Below, in pieces: positions 63,690 through 64,000 of a DNA stretch of 64,000 nt. The notes beneath the pieces are model-generated. The model did not search any database. It was not told where the DNA came from and saw nothing but the letters and a program-made list of their open reading frames with translations. This DNA is from a virus. Its lineage: Duplodnaviria > Heunggongvirae > Uroviricota > Caudoviricetes. The stretch's first letter is position 1, and each line of letters starts with the position of its first letter. The stretch is from positions 40,861-104,860 of the IMG/VR virus record IMGVR_UViG_3300024507_000282. The stretch is one strand, 5' to 3'. Position numbers and translations under genes: made by a program.

Positions 63690-63773
63690 GCCCTGGTGGT
63701 GGAATGGTAGACACGCTGGTCTTAGAAGCCAGTGGCGAGAGCCGTGAGAGTTCGAGTCTCTCCTGGGGCACCA
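63690..63773 (+). tRNA. tRNA-Leu (TAG), type II
   Basis: acceptor GCCCTGG/CTGGGGC, AC CTGGT/GCCAG loop CTTAGAA, variable hairpin GGCgagaGCC, T-arm GAGAG-TTCGAGT-CTCTC. Confidence 0.7.
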
Positions 63774-63779
63774 AAATAT

Positions 63780-63855
63780 GCGGGTGAAGTGTTTGTGGTT
63801 ACACGTCAGTCTTCCAAACTGAAATAGACGAGTTCAACTCTCGCCTCCCGCTCCA
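63780..63855 (+). tRNA. tRNA-Gly (TCC)
   Basis: acceptor GCGGGTG/CTCCCGC (one U.U), D GTGT/ACAC, AC TCAGT/ACTGA loop CTTCCAA, T-loop TTCAACT. Confidence 0.7.
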
Positions 63856-63860
63856 TCATT

Positions 63861-63937
<77 letters not shown>

Positions 63938-63947
63938 ATGTTAGTTT

Positions 63948-64000
63948 GCCTGGTTAGCTCAGTGGTAGAGCGTCTCGTTTACACCGAGAGGGTCGGCAGT
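63948..64000 (+). tRNA. tRNA-Val (TAC), 3' end beyond window
   Basis: acceptor GCCTGGT, D GCTC-AGTGGTA-GAGC, AC TCTCG/CGAGA loop TTTACAC. Confidence 0.6.

Overview
The window reads as one contiguous stretch of a large, roughly 40% GC, T4-like lytic phage genome; I see no host chromosome and no integrase or transposase. Nearly everything is on the + strand. T4-like markers: rIIA/rIIB, class Ia RNR nrdA-nrdB plus a glutaredoxin, a PAAR spike-tip protein, TATAAATA late-promoter boxes, many near-consensus TTGACA-N17-TATAAT early promoters, and a long tRNA array (58.9-64.0 kb, about 27 tRNA genes plus ncRNA-like spacers). The accessory content is unusually rich. There is a proteostasis module (ribosomal protein bS21, MazG, DnaK, Hsp20, ClpS, and a separate ClpP-like protease). 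Two FtsH-modulator look-alikes are present (BI-1/YccA and a band-7/SPFH lipoprotein). An Fe-S assembly trio (IscA-IscU-IscA), heme oxygenase plus a ferredoxin-dependent bilin reductase, AhpC plus AhpD, a CHASE2 adenylate cyclase with a frameshift, and an acyl-lipid desaturase are also encoded. So are a secreted DD-carboxypeptidase, a secreted NUC-family nuclease, an outer-membrane beta-barrel protein and a candidate lysis cassette. The most striking elements are three. First, a five-gene curli-like (CsgF/CsgG/curlin-repeat) secretion module at 32.4-38.7 kb. Second, four proteins that share a T4 capsid-targeting-like N-terminus MRAKEF(I/L), one of them a peptidoglycan hydrolase. Third, a two-piece (permuted, alphaproteobacterial-type) tmRNA gene at 47.76-48.12 kb, plus an isolated tRNA whose anticodon reads CUA (amber-suppressor-like). 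All calls come from manual reading and folding of the sequence and remembered family signatures; no database searches were run.
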